A DNA stretch of 64,000 bases, from contig DFMO01000008.1 of assembly GCA_002375695.1 (NCBI GenBank), positions 38,784 through 102,783 of the forward strand, in the 5' to 3' direction. Every line of letters starts with the position of its first letter. The first letter of the stretch is position 1. The notes under the pieces are model-generated. The model was not told where the DNA came from, searched no databases, and saw only the letters and a program-made list of their open reading frames with translations. Source of the DNA: Flavobacteriaceae bacterium UBA3591 (GTDB lineage Bacteria > Bacteroidota > Bacteroidia > Flavobacteriales > Flavobacteriaceae). Shown in pieces: positions 8,971 to 17,825 of the stretch. Position numbers and translations under genes: made by a program.

Positions 8971-10221
8971 ATGGAATTAAAAAAACTATTAATAATTGGT
9001 CATACCTTCCCCGAGCCCAATACAACGGCGGCCGGGAGTAGAATGATGCAATTAATTAAATTGTTTAAAGAAGAAAATTACCAAATTACTTTTGCAAGTA
9101 CGGCATCGGTTTCTGAACAGAGTGAAAACCTGGAATCGCTTCATATTACAATTAAAAATATACGTTTAAACGATGCTGCTTTTGATGCGTTTATCAAAAA
9201 ATTAAATCCTGAAGTGGTAATTTTTGACCGTTTTGTTACCGAAGAACAATTTGGATGGCGTGTTGCTGAACAATGCCCAAACACTTTAAAAATTCTCGAT
9301 ACCGAGGATTTACACTTTTTACGAAAGGCGCGGGAAGAAGCTGTTAAAAAAGACAGTCCCGTATCTAAAGCAAATTTATTTTCAGATACAGCTAAGCGCG
9401 AACTGGCGAGTATACTGCGCTGCGATTTGTCGCTTATTATTTCGGAATACGAAATGGAACTCCTTAAACATACATTTAAAATACCCGAAGCAATTCTCTA
9501 TTACTTACCTCTTTTAATTGAACAAAAAGTATCGAAAAAACAATTGCCACCGTTTGAGGAAAGAGAACATTTTTTAGCAATTGGCAATTTGTTACACGCA
9601 CCAAATGTAGATTCTGTTTTGCAGTTAAAACAGCTCTGGCCCAAAATTAGAAAACAATTGCCAAAAGCACAGCTTCATATTTTCGGTGCCTATGCACCGC
9701 AAAAAATTCAGCAATTACACAATAAAAATCAAGGGTTTTTAATAAAAGGATGGGCAGAAAGTACAGCTGTAGTTATGAGTAAATACCGAGTACAATTAGC
9801 ACCGCTTCGTTTTGGCGCTGGGTTAAAAGGAAAGTTTTTAGATGCCATGCAGCTTGGGCTTCCTTCGGTAACCACCCCAATTGGCGCCGAAGGTTTTTGC
9901 GGAAATTTCACTTTTGGTGGTAGTGTTACAACATCAAAAGTCGAATTTATGAATAGTGCAATTGACTTCTACAAAAATGAAACAAGTTGGGAAGAAGCTC
10001 AAAAAAATGGTTTTCAGTTAGTTCAAAATCGCTTTAAAAAAGAGTTATTTGCGAAAGATTTTAAAACACGTCTTTTACAAATTGCAAGAAATCTAAAAAA
10101 GCATAGGGAGCTCAATTTTTTTGGACAAATACTACAACATCACAGTTTGCAGAGCACAAAATATTTAAGCAAGTGGATAGAGTCTAAGGAGTTAATTAAA
10201 ATTTTTAGGGATAGTTATTGA
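8971..10221 (+). CDS. Glycosyltransferase (GT-B fold, GT1/GT4-like)
   Basis: 416 aa. The C-terminal FGAGLKGKFLDAMQLGLPSVTTPIGAEG region resembles the nucleotide-sugar binding region of GT-B transferases. Confidence 0.55.
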   Translation: MELKKLLIIGHTFPEPNTTAAGSRMMQLIKLFKEENYQITFASTASVSEQSENLESLHITIKNIRLNDAAFDAFIKKLNPEVVIFDRFVTEEQFGWRVAEQCPNTLKILDTEDLHFLRKAREEAVKKDSPVSKANLFSDTAKRELASILRCDLSLIISEYEMELLKHTFKIPEAILYYLPLLIEQKVSKKQLPPFEEREHFLAIGNLLHAPNVDSVLQLKQLWPKIRKQLPKAQLHIFGAYAPQKIQQLHNKNQGFLIKGWAESTAVVMSKYRVQLAPLRFGAGLKGKFLDAMQLGLPSVTTPIGAEGFCGNFTFGGSVTTSKVEFMNSAIDFYKNETSWEEAQKNGFQLVQNRFKKELFAKDFKTRLLQIARNLKKHRELNFFGQILQHHSLQSTKYLSKWIESKELIKIFRDSY

Positions 10222-10263
10222 TTTCCACAAAATTGCTTTTATCTTTAAGATTTTTGATAGCAA

Positions 10264-10992
10264 ATGAGGCGTACTTTATATAATTTTTTACGAAAAATAG
10301 CACAATTTCTAAGGCATACCTTTAGAAAAGACAATCCAAAATTACCATACATTATTACTGCAATAATTGCAATAATTGTAGTTATAACAGGCACTAATCT
10401 CTTTATTGAACTTACCGAAATTTTAAAGGAAGATGTACTTGCGCAATACGATGACGATATTGCTGCCTTTGTTCTTTCGTTTCGATCTTCGGTTTTAACA
10501 AGTTACTTTATTTTTGTAACCCATGTGGGCGATGTGTATGGATATATTGTCATGCTAATTATAGCAATAACTGCTACCATAATTTATTTTAAAAACTGGA
10601 AATACATTCTTCAAACTATTTTTGTTTTACTGCTAGCATCAATATCCAATGTTATGCTAAAGCGATTTGTAAATCGCGCTCGACCCGATGGCGAACATTT
10701 GGTTGTAGTAGAAACGTTAAGCTATCCAAGCGGTCATGCTATGAGTGCGATGGCTTTTTATGGGTTTCTAATTTATTTGCTACATCGTACGCAAATGAAC
10801 AACCTTTTAAAATATACCCTAACAGTTTTATTGCTAGTTTTAATTTTAAGTATTGGTTTAAGTAGAATTTACCTTGGTGTACATTACCCATCTGATATTG
10901 CTGGTGGCTATATTGCCGGATTAATTTGGGTGTTCTTCTGTATATTACTGTTTAACTTAGCCGATATTTTTAGAAGAGATCCACAGGTATAA
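10264..10992 (+). CDS. PAP2-family membrane phosphatase
   Basis: 242 aa and multi-TM. All three PAP2 motifs are present: KRFVNRARP, PSGH and SRIYLGVHYPSD. Confidence 0.8.
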   Translation: MRRTLYNFLRKIAQFLRHTFRKDNPKLPYIITAIIAIIVVITGTNLFIELTEILKEDVLAQYDDDIAAFVLSFRSSVLTSYFIFVTHVGDVYGYIVMLIIAITATIIYFKNWKYILQTIFVLLLASISNVMLKRFVNRARPDGEHLVVVETLSYPSGHAMSAMAFYGFLIYLLHRTQMNNLLKYTLTVLLLVLILSIGLSRIYLGVHYPSDIAGGYIAGLIWVFFCILLFNLADIFRRDPQV

Positions 10993-11082
10993 TTCGTATT
11001 TTCAGATCTTCGGAGACATTAGTTTTTAAGTATACTAAAAGCGATTGATTAGCCGTAATTTTAAATTTTATGTGCAGTTTAT

Positions 11083-11769
11083 ATGAGTTTTAAATGGATA
11101 ATACGAGCTGTAGGCATTGTATTTATTTTGCTATTAACAATGGTTGTATTTTCAAATTATACCATTACACGAGCGGCTGAAAACAAAACTTTTAATGATG
11201 TAAATGCTATTAAAAAAAGTAATATTGGACTGCTTTTGGGTACTTCCAAATATTACAAAGATGGTGGGTTGAATTTATATTTTAAATATAGAATTGATGC
11301 TGCTGTTACGCTTTATCGCAACGGAAAAATTGATTTTATTTTGGTAAGTGGCGATAACAGTTCAAAATATTATAACGAACCCCAAACTTTTAAAAAAGAA
11401 CTGATAAAACGCGGTATTCCCGAAGCGGTAATCTTTTTGGACTATGCAGGCTTTAGAACTTTAGACTCCGTAATTCGTGCAAAAGCTATTTTTGGGCAGT
11501 CTGATATTACAGTTATCTCGCAACAATTTCATAATGAACGCGCTATTTATATCGCTCAAAAAAAGGGAATAAAAGCTGTAGGTTTTAATGCGAAAGACAT
11601 TGGAGGTACCAATGGTTTACAAGTGAAATTGAGAGAGTATTTTGCGCGTACCAAAGCTTTTTTGGATATAATATTTCACGTTGAACCCAAATTTTACGGA
11701 AAAGAAATAAAAATTTCCAAACCTGAAAAGAACGACTCCCTAAAAGCAGATAGTTTAGACAATAAATAA
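11083..11769 (+). CDS. SanA/YdcF (DUF218) family envelope protein
   Basis: 228 aa. N-terminal TM segment, then a DUF218-like core (LLLGTSKY..., ILVSGDNSSKYYNEP, ISQQFHNERAIYIA), as in SanA. Confidence 0.65.
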   Translation: MSFKWIIRAVGIVFILLLTMVVFSNYTITRAAENKTFNDVNAIKKSNIGLLLGTSKYYKDGGLNLYFKYRIDAAVTLYRNGKIDFILVSGDNSSKYYNEPQTFKKELIKRGIPEAVIFLDYAGFRTLDSVIRAKAIFGQSDITVISQQFHNERAIYIAQKKGIKAVGFNAKDIGGTNGLQVKLREYFARTKAFLDIIFHVEPKFYGKEIKISKPEKNDSLKADSLDNK

Positions 11770-11792
11770 CTCAATACAATAGATTCTATTTT

Positions 11793-11829
11793 AAAAAAAA
11801 GACCGCCAGTTAATTGGCAGTCTTTTTTT
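11793..11829. terminator. Bidirectional terminator between convergent genes
   Basis: A-run, then gaccgccag/ttggcagtc (stem with one mismatch), then a T-run (aaaaaaaagaccgccagttaattggcagtcttttttt). Confidence 0.6.
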
Positions 11830-11846
11830 GATATGTTTAAGCACAA

Positions 11847-13457
11847 TTACTTTTTAATAAATTGTTGGGTTTTTGTGGTAATACCGTCTTCAATTTTAAG
11901 AATATAACTTCCTGCTTGTAATTTTTCAACATTAATAGTATTTGCACCTACTTGGCTGTGCATTATTTGTTTTCCTTGGAGGTCAAAAATTGTATAAGTT
12001 GGATTGGAAAATTCATCTAAATTGTTGAGGTTTAAAATGGCTTCGGTCGGGTTTGGATAAAGTACCAAATCGCTTACCATATAATCTTCTAAACTAAGTA
12101 CGGTAGAACCTTCTACTACAGTAATAACTTGGTTGGCACTCACGTCTTCCAAAGTATCAACAATCCCCGATGGCCAAGTAATGGTAAGTGTAGCAATCTC
12201 GGTGTCGGCTCCTAAGCCAAAATGTGTGTTTAGCGTACTCATATATTTAAAACCTTGACCACTTCTAACTTCGCGAATTTGCGTTCCTAAATTTGAAGTA
12301 ATGCTTACACGAGCTCCAATACCGTTAATATTACTTTCCACCCCAACGGTATTTATAGTTATCCAATTATTGGCGTTGGTGTCGTTATAATAAATATGTC
12401 CAACCGAAAAAGCGTCTATAAAACCATCATTATTTAAGTCGCCTAAAGAGCCATTATTGTTTGGCAAAGCGTTTGGGATAAGAGTAAAAGTTAAATCGCC
12501 ATTGTTTAAAAGTATATTTCCGTTTGAGGCAATATCTATATAACCATCGTTATTAAAATCGTAGCTGCAATTTTCAATTCCAGTGGTTGTTAAGGCGTGG
12601 ATACCGGTACTTGCTGAAATATCTGTAAAAGTGCCGTCGCCATTGTTTCGGTTTAATTTATGGGTGAAATTGCTGTCGCTACTACCAATAAATACATCTA
12701 AATATCCATCGTTATCAAAATCTGCCCAGGTAGCAGACCAAGTTTGCATATTGTCTTTTAATCCAACAGCGTCGCCTACTTCCACAAAGTTTCCTGCCCC
12801 GTCGTTTTCGAATAATTGGTTTTCGCTTCGTTCGTTAACATCGCCGTTAACATTACACTTGGCGATAAAGCAATCCATGTCGCCATCATTGTCATAGTCA
12901 ATCCAAATTGAACCATAATTCCCGCCAGTTTCAAAATCGCCAATGTCGCCTTGATAAAATGTAAAGTTTCCTGTGCCATCGTTAATATAGTAAACACTTG
13001 GTGCAACATCGTGGCACACAAAGGCGTCTAAATGACCGTCGTTATTAATATCTACAAAATTTGACCGCTGTGAAAACACGTATTCCGGGAAGGTAATTTC
13101 TTCGTACATGGTGCCGTTATTTTTAGATCTCATAAATGTAACGCCATTACCACCGCCATAGAGCAAATCGGTGTAGCCATCTCGATCATAATCGGCAGCA
13201 GCCAAACTCCAAGAGGGAGTGTTATCTGCAGCAGTGGTAGTAATATTAGTTTCAACAAAACTGCCATCTGCTTGTTGGTAAAAAATTTGGATATTGGTGG
13301 CAGTAATTGAAACTATATCGTCTAAAAAATCGCCATTCATATCAACAACAGCGCGTTCGGCTCCATTAGTGGCAACAGGTACTGCTGTAAATGATACTTG
13401 AGCCGTACTTATTTTAAACACGGCAAAAAGTACAATAAGTGTAGTAATTTTTTTCAT
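11847..13457 (-). CDS. FG-GAP/VCBS repeat protein with ASPIC/UnbV domain (CRTAC1-like) and a T9SS C-terminal sorting domain
   Basis: 536 aa with a signal peptide. Many DxNxDGxxD calcium-type FG-GAP loops (DMNGDFLDD, DYDRDGYTD, DINNDGHLD, DYDNDGDMD, DFDNDGYLD, DFNNDGYID, DLNNDGFID). An ASPIC/UnbV-like block (NGIGARVSITSNLGTQIREVRSGQGFKYMS...HFGLG...ITWPSG). CTD motif LVLYPNPTEAILNL. Confidence 0.75.
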   Translation of the reverse strand: MKKITTLIVLFAVFKISTAQVSFTAVPVATNGAERAVVDMNGDFLDDIVSITATNIQIFYQQADGSFVETNITTTAADNTPSWSLAAADYDRDGYTDLLYGGGNGVTFMRSKNNGTMYEEITFPEYVFSQRSNFVDINNDGHLDAFVCHDVAPSVYYINDGTGNFTFYQGDIGDFETGGNYGSIWIDYDNDGDMDCFIAKCNVNGDVNERSENQLFENDGAGNFVEVGDAVGLKDNMQTWSATWADFDNDGYLDVFIGSSDSNFTHKLNRNNGDGTFTDISASTGIHALTTTGIENCSYDFNNDGYIDIASNGNILLNNGDLTFTLIPNALPNNNGSLGDLNNDGFIDAFSVGHIYYNDTNANNWITINTVGVESNINGIGARVSITSNLGTQIREVRSGQGFKYMSTLNTHFGLGADTEIATLTITWPSGIVDTLEDVSANQVITVVEGSTVLSLEDYMVSDLVLYPNPTEAILNLNNLDEFSNPTYTIFDLQGKQIMHSQVGANTINVEKLQAGSYILKIEDGITTKTQQFIKK

Positions 13458-13476
13458 AATTGAATTTATTAATTGG

Positions 13477-14868
13477 TTAATCGCATGGTTCGGTTAGTGA
13501 ATTTATCCATTCTTCTAGTACGGGTAAAAACTCTTCGTGTGCTAAGGAGCGTCCAGTCATTGGCATAGCGTATTCTTCGAGCGTTGTAGCAACTCTAAAA
13601 TATAAAATTGAATTTTCGGCATCGCCAGGTGTAATTAGCTTGGCACCATCAAAACCAGGAACTTGTAAATCTGGTTCTATGCAAACACCCAAATTATCGT
13701 GACTATGACTCTCTGAAAAGGCTAAACGCAATGAGCGAGCTCCACAGTGACCGCCGTCTATATGGCAATGTGCACAATTCATATCAAAATAGGAGCGTAC
13801 TCTCGTTTCTAAACTTTGCGAAATATCTTCCCAGCTTGGTACTGTTTCAATGGAAGAAGGCAAGCTATTGCTCGATAAATAGCCCATTGCTTTCCACTTT
13901 TCAATTTGGTTTTCAACACCATCGGCGTATTCAAAAATAGAATTTAAGTTTTGTGGTTTTGGCCCAATGGGGAAAACAATATCGTTCGACTTGTGACAAA
14001 TAAAACACTCCAAATCTGAAGGAATTCTATAATTAACCGATTTTGTTTCTCCATTTTCTACCCACTCAATAGGTACGTTAAATCCGTAGCCCGTAGTGTT
14101 AAGCAAGGCTTCTTCTTGGTTTTCGTCCCAAATGTAATTGGCAAAAATCCATCCTTCGTCCTTTTTAATTAACAACCGCGTTTCAATATTTACCGTTGTG
14201 TTATTCGGAAGAACATTTTCGTAGTAAAAAGTTTTAATTAGCACGCTTCCGGTAGGAAAATCGAGAATATCGCCATCGCCCACATATGCTGCTTCCACAT
14301 TATAAGGCATCCAAATAAAGCGCTTTTTATGGGCATAATCTGAAAACAATGCGTTAATGGGTTCGTATGGCAGTACGCCGTAAACTGGATTTTGTAAGGC
14401 TATTTCATCTTTAAAAAAATTGTAGTCGGAAAGCTTTTCAAACGGTACCGTTGCTATATCAAAATTAACGGGAGAAAAGGGTTGCACGTTAATTGTTACC
14501 ACGGCTGTAGCGCAGCTGGTAGTGGTAGCATCGCAAACGGTATATTCAAAAGTCACTTCGCCAGTAAAACTCGAATCTGGAGTGAACTGTATTTTATCGT
14601 CTAAAATAGTTTCGGGCGTGCCGTTGTTAAGTATTTCAACCGTACCGTGTTGCGGTGCAGTAACATTTAAAATACCGTTTTCTGGAATATTTCTATCGTT
14701 GTCAAAAACCGCTATTTCTAAAATAGCATTTTGAAAAACTTCGCCAAAATCGGCATTAGCCTCAATATTTAAGGGAATATATTCTGTGCCTTCGTCATCT
14801 CCTTTGCAGGAATTTAATACCAGTACAGTAAGTAGGAAGTAGACTACTCGAAAACCTATAGATTTCAT
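13477..14868 (-). CDS. Lipoprotein with an N-terminal Ig/cadherin-like domain and two CxxCH haem-c motifs (resembles the SO_2930-type dihaem cytochrome family)
   Basis: 463 aa with lipobox VLNSCKGDD. CFICH and CAHCH are present. The LSDYNFF ... PINALFSDYAHKKRFIWMP block matches my memory of that family. The assignment needs an HMM check. Confidence 0.5.
   Translation of the reverse strand: MKSIGFRVVYFLLTVLVLNSCKGDDEGTEYIPLNIEANADFGEVFQNAILEIAVFDNDRNIPENGILNVTAPQHGTVEILNNGTPETILDDKIQFTPDSSFTGEVTFEYTVCDATTTSCATAVVTINVQPFSPVNFDIATVPFEKLSDYNFFKDEIALQNPVYGVLPYEPINALFSDYAHKKRFIWMPYNVEAAYVGDGDILDFPTGSVLIKTFYYENVLPNNTTVNIETRLLIKKDEGWIFANYIWDENQEEALLNTTGYGFNVPIEWVENGETKSVNYRIPSDLECFICHKSNDIVFPIGPKPQNLNSIFEYADGVENQIEKWKAMGYLSSNSLPSSIETVPSWEDISQSLETRVRSYFDMNCAHCHIDGGHCGARSLRLAFSESHSHDNLGVCIEPDLQVPGFDGAKLITPGDAENSILYFRVATTLEEYAMPMTGRSLAHEEFLPVLEEWINSLTEPCD
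13762..13776 (-). other. Second CxxCH motif (CAHCH) of the putative cytochrome
   Basis: The reverse complement reads TGT GCA CAT TGC CAT. Confidence 0.7.
13993..14007 (-). other. First CxxCH motif (CFICH) of the putative cytochrome
   Basis: The reverse complement reads TGT TTT ATT TGT CAC. Confidence 0.7.
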
Positions 14869-15119
14869 TGTGAATTGGGATGATTAGTTATTTTAAAAAT
14901 GTCAAGATATTGTTAAAAGACTTTAAACTTATAAAAAAAATATTGTTTTGTCCTAAAAATAATTATTGTTTTAAAAAAACAGGTGCTTAAATGTAGTTTT
15001 AAAAAGCAATCACCGAAAGGATTTCGTTAGTCTTTTCTGATAGAAAATATTGAGGTTTATCGGGTTTAAAAGTTATTTGTTTAAAATCTTGAATTAGAAT
15101 GAGTGAGCGCTATTTTTCG

Positions 15120-15127
15120 TATTTTTG
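15120..15127 (+). promoter_or_regulatory. -7 promoter box for uvrB
   Basis: TATTTTTG lies about 20 nt upstream of ATG 15149. It overlaps the TTG used as start in the ORF track, which argues for the ATG. Confidence 0.5.
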
Positions 15128-15148
15128 CAAGGCATTGAAAAAGAATAT

Positions 15149-17146
15149 ATGAAGTTTAAAATAGCCTCAGAATTTAAACCTACAGGCGACCAACCCAAGG
15201 CGATAGAATCTTTAGTTAGTGGGTTGAATTCTGATGAAAAATATCAAACACTTTTAGGGGTTACTGGTTCGGGAAAAACCTTTACAGTGGCAAATGTGGT
15301 TCAAGAGGTGCAAAAGCCTACCTTGGTTTTAGCGCACAATAAAACGCTGGCTGCCCAATTATATACAGAGTTTAAAAACCTCTTTCCCGATAACGCAGTA
15401 GAGTACTTTGTGTCTTATTACGACTACTATCAACCCGAAGCTTTTATCCCGAGTAGCGGTACGTACATTGAAAAAGACCTTTCCATAAACGAAGAAATTG
15501 AAAAAATGCGATTGAGTACCACTTCGTCTTTATTGTCGGGGCGTCGCGATGTAATTGTGGTTTCTTCGGTTTCGTGTTTGTACGGTATTGGTAACCCGTT
15601 AGAATTTCAGAAAAACGTAATTAGTTTAGAAAAAGGCCAGATTATTTCGCGAACGAAATTATTACACAGACTTGTTCAAAGTTTATACTCGCGAACCGAA
15701 GCAGAATTCCACCACGGTAGGTTTCGCATAAAAGGGGATACGGTAGATGTGTATCCGGGGTATGCCGATGATGCTTTTAGAATTCACTTTTTTGGAGATG
15801 AAATTGAAGAAATTGAAATATTTGACCCAAAAAATAACGAGATAAAAGCAAAATACGACCGTTTAAATATCTATCCGGCCAATATGTTTGTGACCTCGCC
15901 AGATGTTTTACAGGGCGCTATTCGAGCCATTCAAGACGATTTGGTTTTGCAAATAGAATATTTTAAAGAAATTGGGAAGCATTTGGAGGCAAAACGACTT
16001 GAAGAACGCACCAATTTTGACCTTGAAATGATTCGCGAATTAGGATATTGCAGTGGTATTGAAAACTATTCGCGATACCTTGACCAACGTTTACCCGGGA
16101 CACGTCCATTCTGCCTTTTAGATTATTTTCCGAAAGATTATTTAATGGTAGTAGACGAAAGTCACGTAACCATTCCTCAAGTGGGAGCAATGTACGGTGG
16201 TGACCGTTCCCGAAAAGAAAATTTGGTGGATTACGGCTTTAGGCTTCCTGCGGCAATGGACAACAGACCCCTTAAGTTTGAAGAGTTTGAAGCCTTGCAA
16301 AACCAAGTTATTTACGTGAGTGCCACACCCGCCGATTATGAATTAGAAAAGAGCGGTGGCGTGTACGTTGAACAAATTATTAGACCTACAGGCTTGCTTG
16401 ATCCACCTATTGAAGTACGCCCAAGTTTAAATCAAATAGACGATTTACTTGAAGAAATTCACCTGCGTATTGAAAAAGACGAACGTATTTTGGTAACAAC
16501 GCTCACCAAAAGAATGGCCGAAGAATTGACTAAATACTTAGAGCGAGTACAGGTGCGTACGCGGTATATTCACAGTGATGTGGATACTCTTGAACGGGTA
16601 GAAATAATGCAAGATTTACGTCTGGGATTGTTTGATGTTTTAGTGGGAGTAAATTTATTGCGGGAAGGATTGGACTTACCAGAAGTTTCGCTCGTAGCCA
16701 TTTTGGATGCCGATAAGGAAGGTTTTTTACGAAGCAACCGTTCCTTAACGCAAACTGTTGGTCGAGCCGCCCGAAATTTAAACGGAAAAGCCATAATGTA
16801 TGCCGATAAAATAACAGACAGTATGCGAGCGACCATAGATAGCACCCAATATCGAAGAGAAAAGCAAATTGCTTATAATAAGGAACATGGCATTACCCCT
16901 ACGGCTATTAAAAAATCTTTTGAAAATTCGTTGACAAAGTCTAAACAGGCTAGTTATACTTTTGAAAATGCCGAAAGTTTAGCTGCAGAATCAGAAGTAG
17001 AATACTTGACAAAAGCGCAAATAGAAAAGAAAATTAGAGATACTCGAAAGGCGATGGAAAAGGCTGCAAAAGATCTCGATTTTATGATGGCAGCTAAATT
17101 AAGAGATAAAATTAAATCGTATCAAAAACAATTGGAAACCCTGTAA
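15149..17146 (+). CDS. uvrB: Excinuclease ABC subunit B
   Basis: MKFKIASEFKPTGDQPKAI start, Walker A GVTGSGKT, DESH box (VVDESHVT), helicase C motifs and a C-terminal UVR motif (FMMAAKLRDKI). Start trimmed from TTG 15125 to ATG 15149. Confidence 0.95.
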   Translation: MKFKIASEFKPTGDQPKAIESLVSGLNSDEKYQTLLGVTGSGKTFTVANVVQEVQKPTLVLAHNKTLAAQLYTEFKNLFPDNAVEYFVSYYDYYQPEAFIPSSGTYIEKDLSINEEIEKMRLSTTSSLLSGRRDVIVVSSVSCLYGIGNPLEFQKNVISLEKGQIISRTKLLHRLVQSLYSRTEAEFHHGRFRIKGDTVDVYPGYADDAFRIHFFGDEIEEIEIFDPKNNEIKAKYDRLNIYPANMFVTSPDVLQGAIRAIQDDLVLQIEYFKEIGKHLEAKRLEERTNFDLEMIRELGYCSGIENYSRYLDQRLPGTRPFCLLDYFPKDYLMVVDESHVTIPQVGAMYGGDRSRKENLVDYGFRLPAAMDNRPLKFEEFEALQNQVIYVSATPADYELEKSGGVYVEQIIRPTGLLDPPIEVRPSLNQIDDLLEEIHLRIEKDERILVTTLTKRMAEELTKYLERVQVRTRYIHSDVDTLERVEIMQDLRLGLFDVLVGVNLLREGLDLPEVSLVAILDADKEGFLRSNRSLTQTVGRAARNLNGKAIMYADKITDSMRATIDSTQYRREKQIAYNKEHGITPTAIKKSFENSLTKSKQASYTFENAESLAAESEVEYLTKAQIEKKIRDTRKAMEKAAKDLDFMMAAKLRDKIKSYQKQLETL

Positions 17147-17174
17147 TGACTAAATTTTTATTTTACAATTTAGA

Positions 17175-17822
17175 ATGTTCTTAACGCGAATCTGCATATC
17201 AATTTTGTATTTTTCTGTTACAATGGCTACATCTCAAAACGTTAACCTCGACAATAAAGAAATTCCAAAAAGTATAAAACAGGAAGCTATAAAAGCGCTT
17301 GAATATTTTCCCGAATTATACAATACGGCCATTGAATTCAAATTTAAAAACAACATTAAAAAATCTACAATGCAGGCGCAGCCTAGATTTACAAGTTTTT
17401 TTAAAAAGAAGGAAAACAGAGCGTATATAATTTTAATTAGTAGAAAGATACAAATTGAAGGAGAAGTATTTACAATGTCCGATATACCATCAGATGTGAT
17501 AATTGGGTGGATAGGACATGAATTGGGACATTTAATGGATTACCGCAACCGCACAAATTTTGGTATGCTAATCTTTGGAATAAAATACCTGTTTTCGTCA
17601 AAACATATAAAAGAAGTTGAACGAGCAGCAGATACGTATGCCATTGCCCACGGCATGGGGGATTATATTTTAAAGACTAAAAATTTTATTCTCGATAACG
17701 CCAACCTTTCTGAAAAGTATAAAGAACGAATTAGACGTTTGTATATTTCGCCCGAAGAGGTGATGGAATTAATTAATGAGAACAAAGTTGAAGACAATCC
17801 CGAAATAATCGATTTAAAATAA
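17175..17822 (+). CDS. Hypothetical secreted protein with an HExxH motif (possible zinc metallopeptidase)
   Basis: 215 aa. Hydrophobic N-terminus. GHELGHLMD is the only recognisable motif. Confidence 0.35.
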   Translation: MFLTRICISILYFSVTMATSQNVNLDNKEIPKSIKQEAIKALEYFPELYNTAIEFKFKNNIKKSTMQAQPRFTSFFKKKENRAYIILISRKIQIEGEVFTMSDIPSDVIIGWIGHELGHLMDYRNRTNFGMLIFGIKYLFSSKHIKEVERAADTYAIAHGMGDYILKTKNFILDNANLSEKYKERIRRLYISPEEVMELINENKVEDNPEIIDLK

Positions 17823-17825
17823 ACT

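Noticed and set aside
15125-15148. N-terminal extensions in the ORF track from upstream alternative starts: uvrB 15125, sucC 23997, csp 24234, mnmA 35045, guaA 44898, bshC 46608, M14 46740, sigma 55643 and DUF3820 40557
   Set aside because: In each case a downstream ATG gives the conserved N-terminus of the family. A TAnnTTTG box or a hairpin falls inside the putative extension in several cases.
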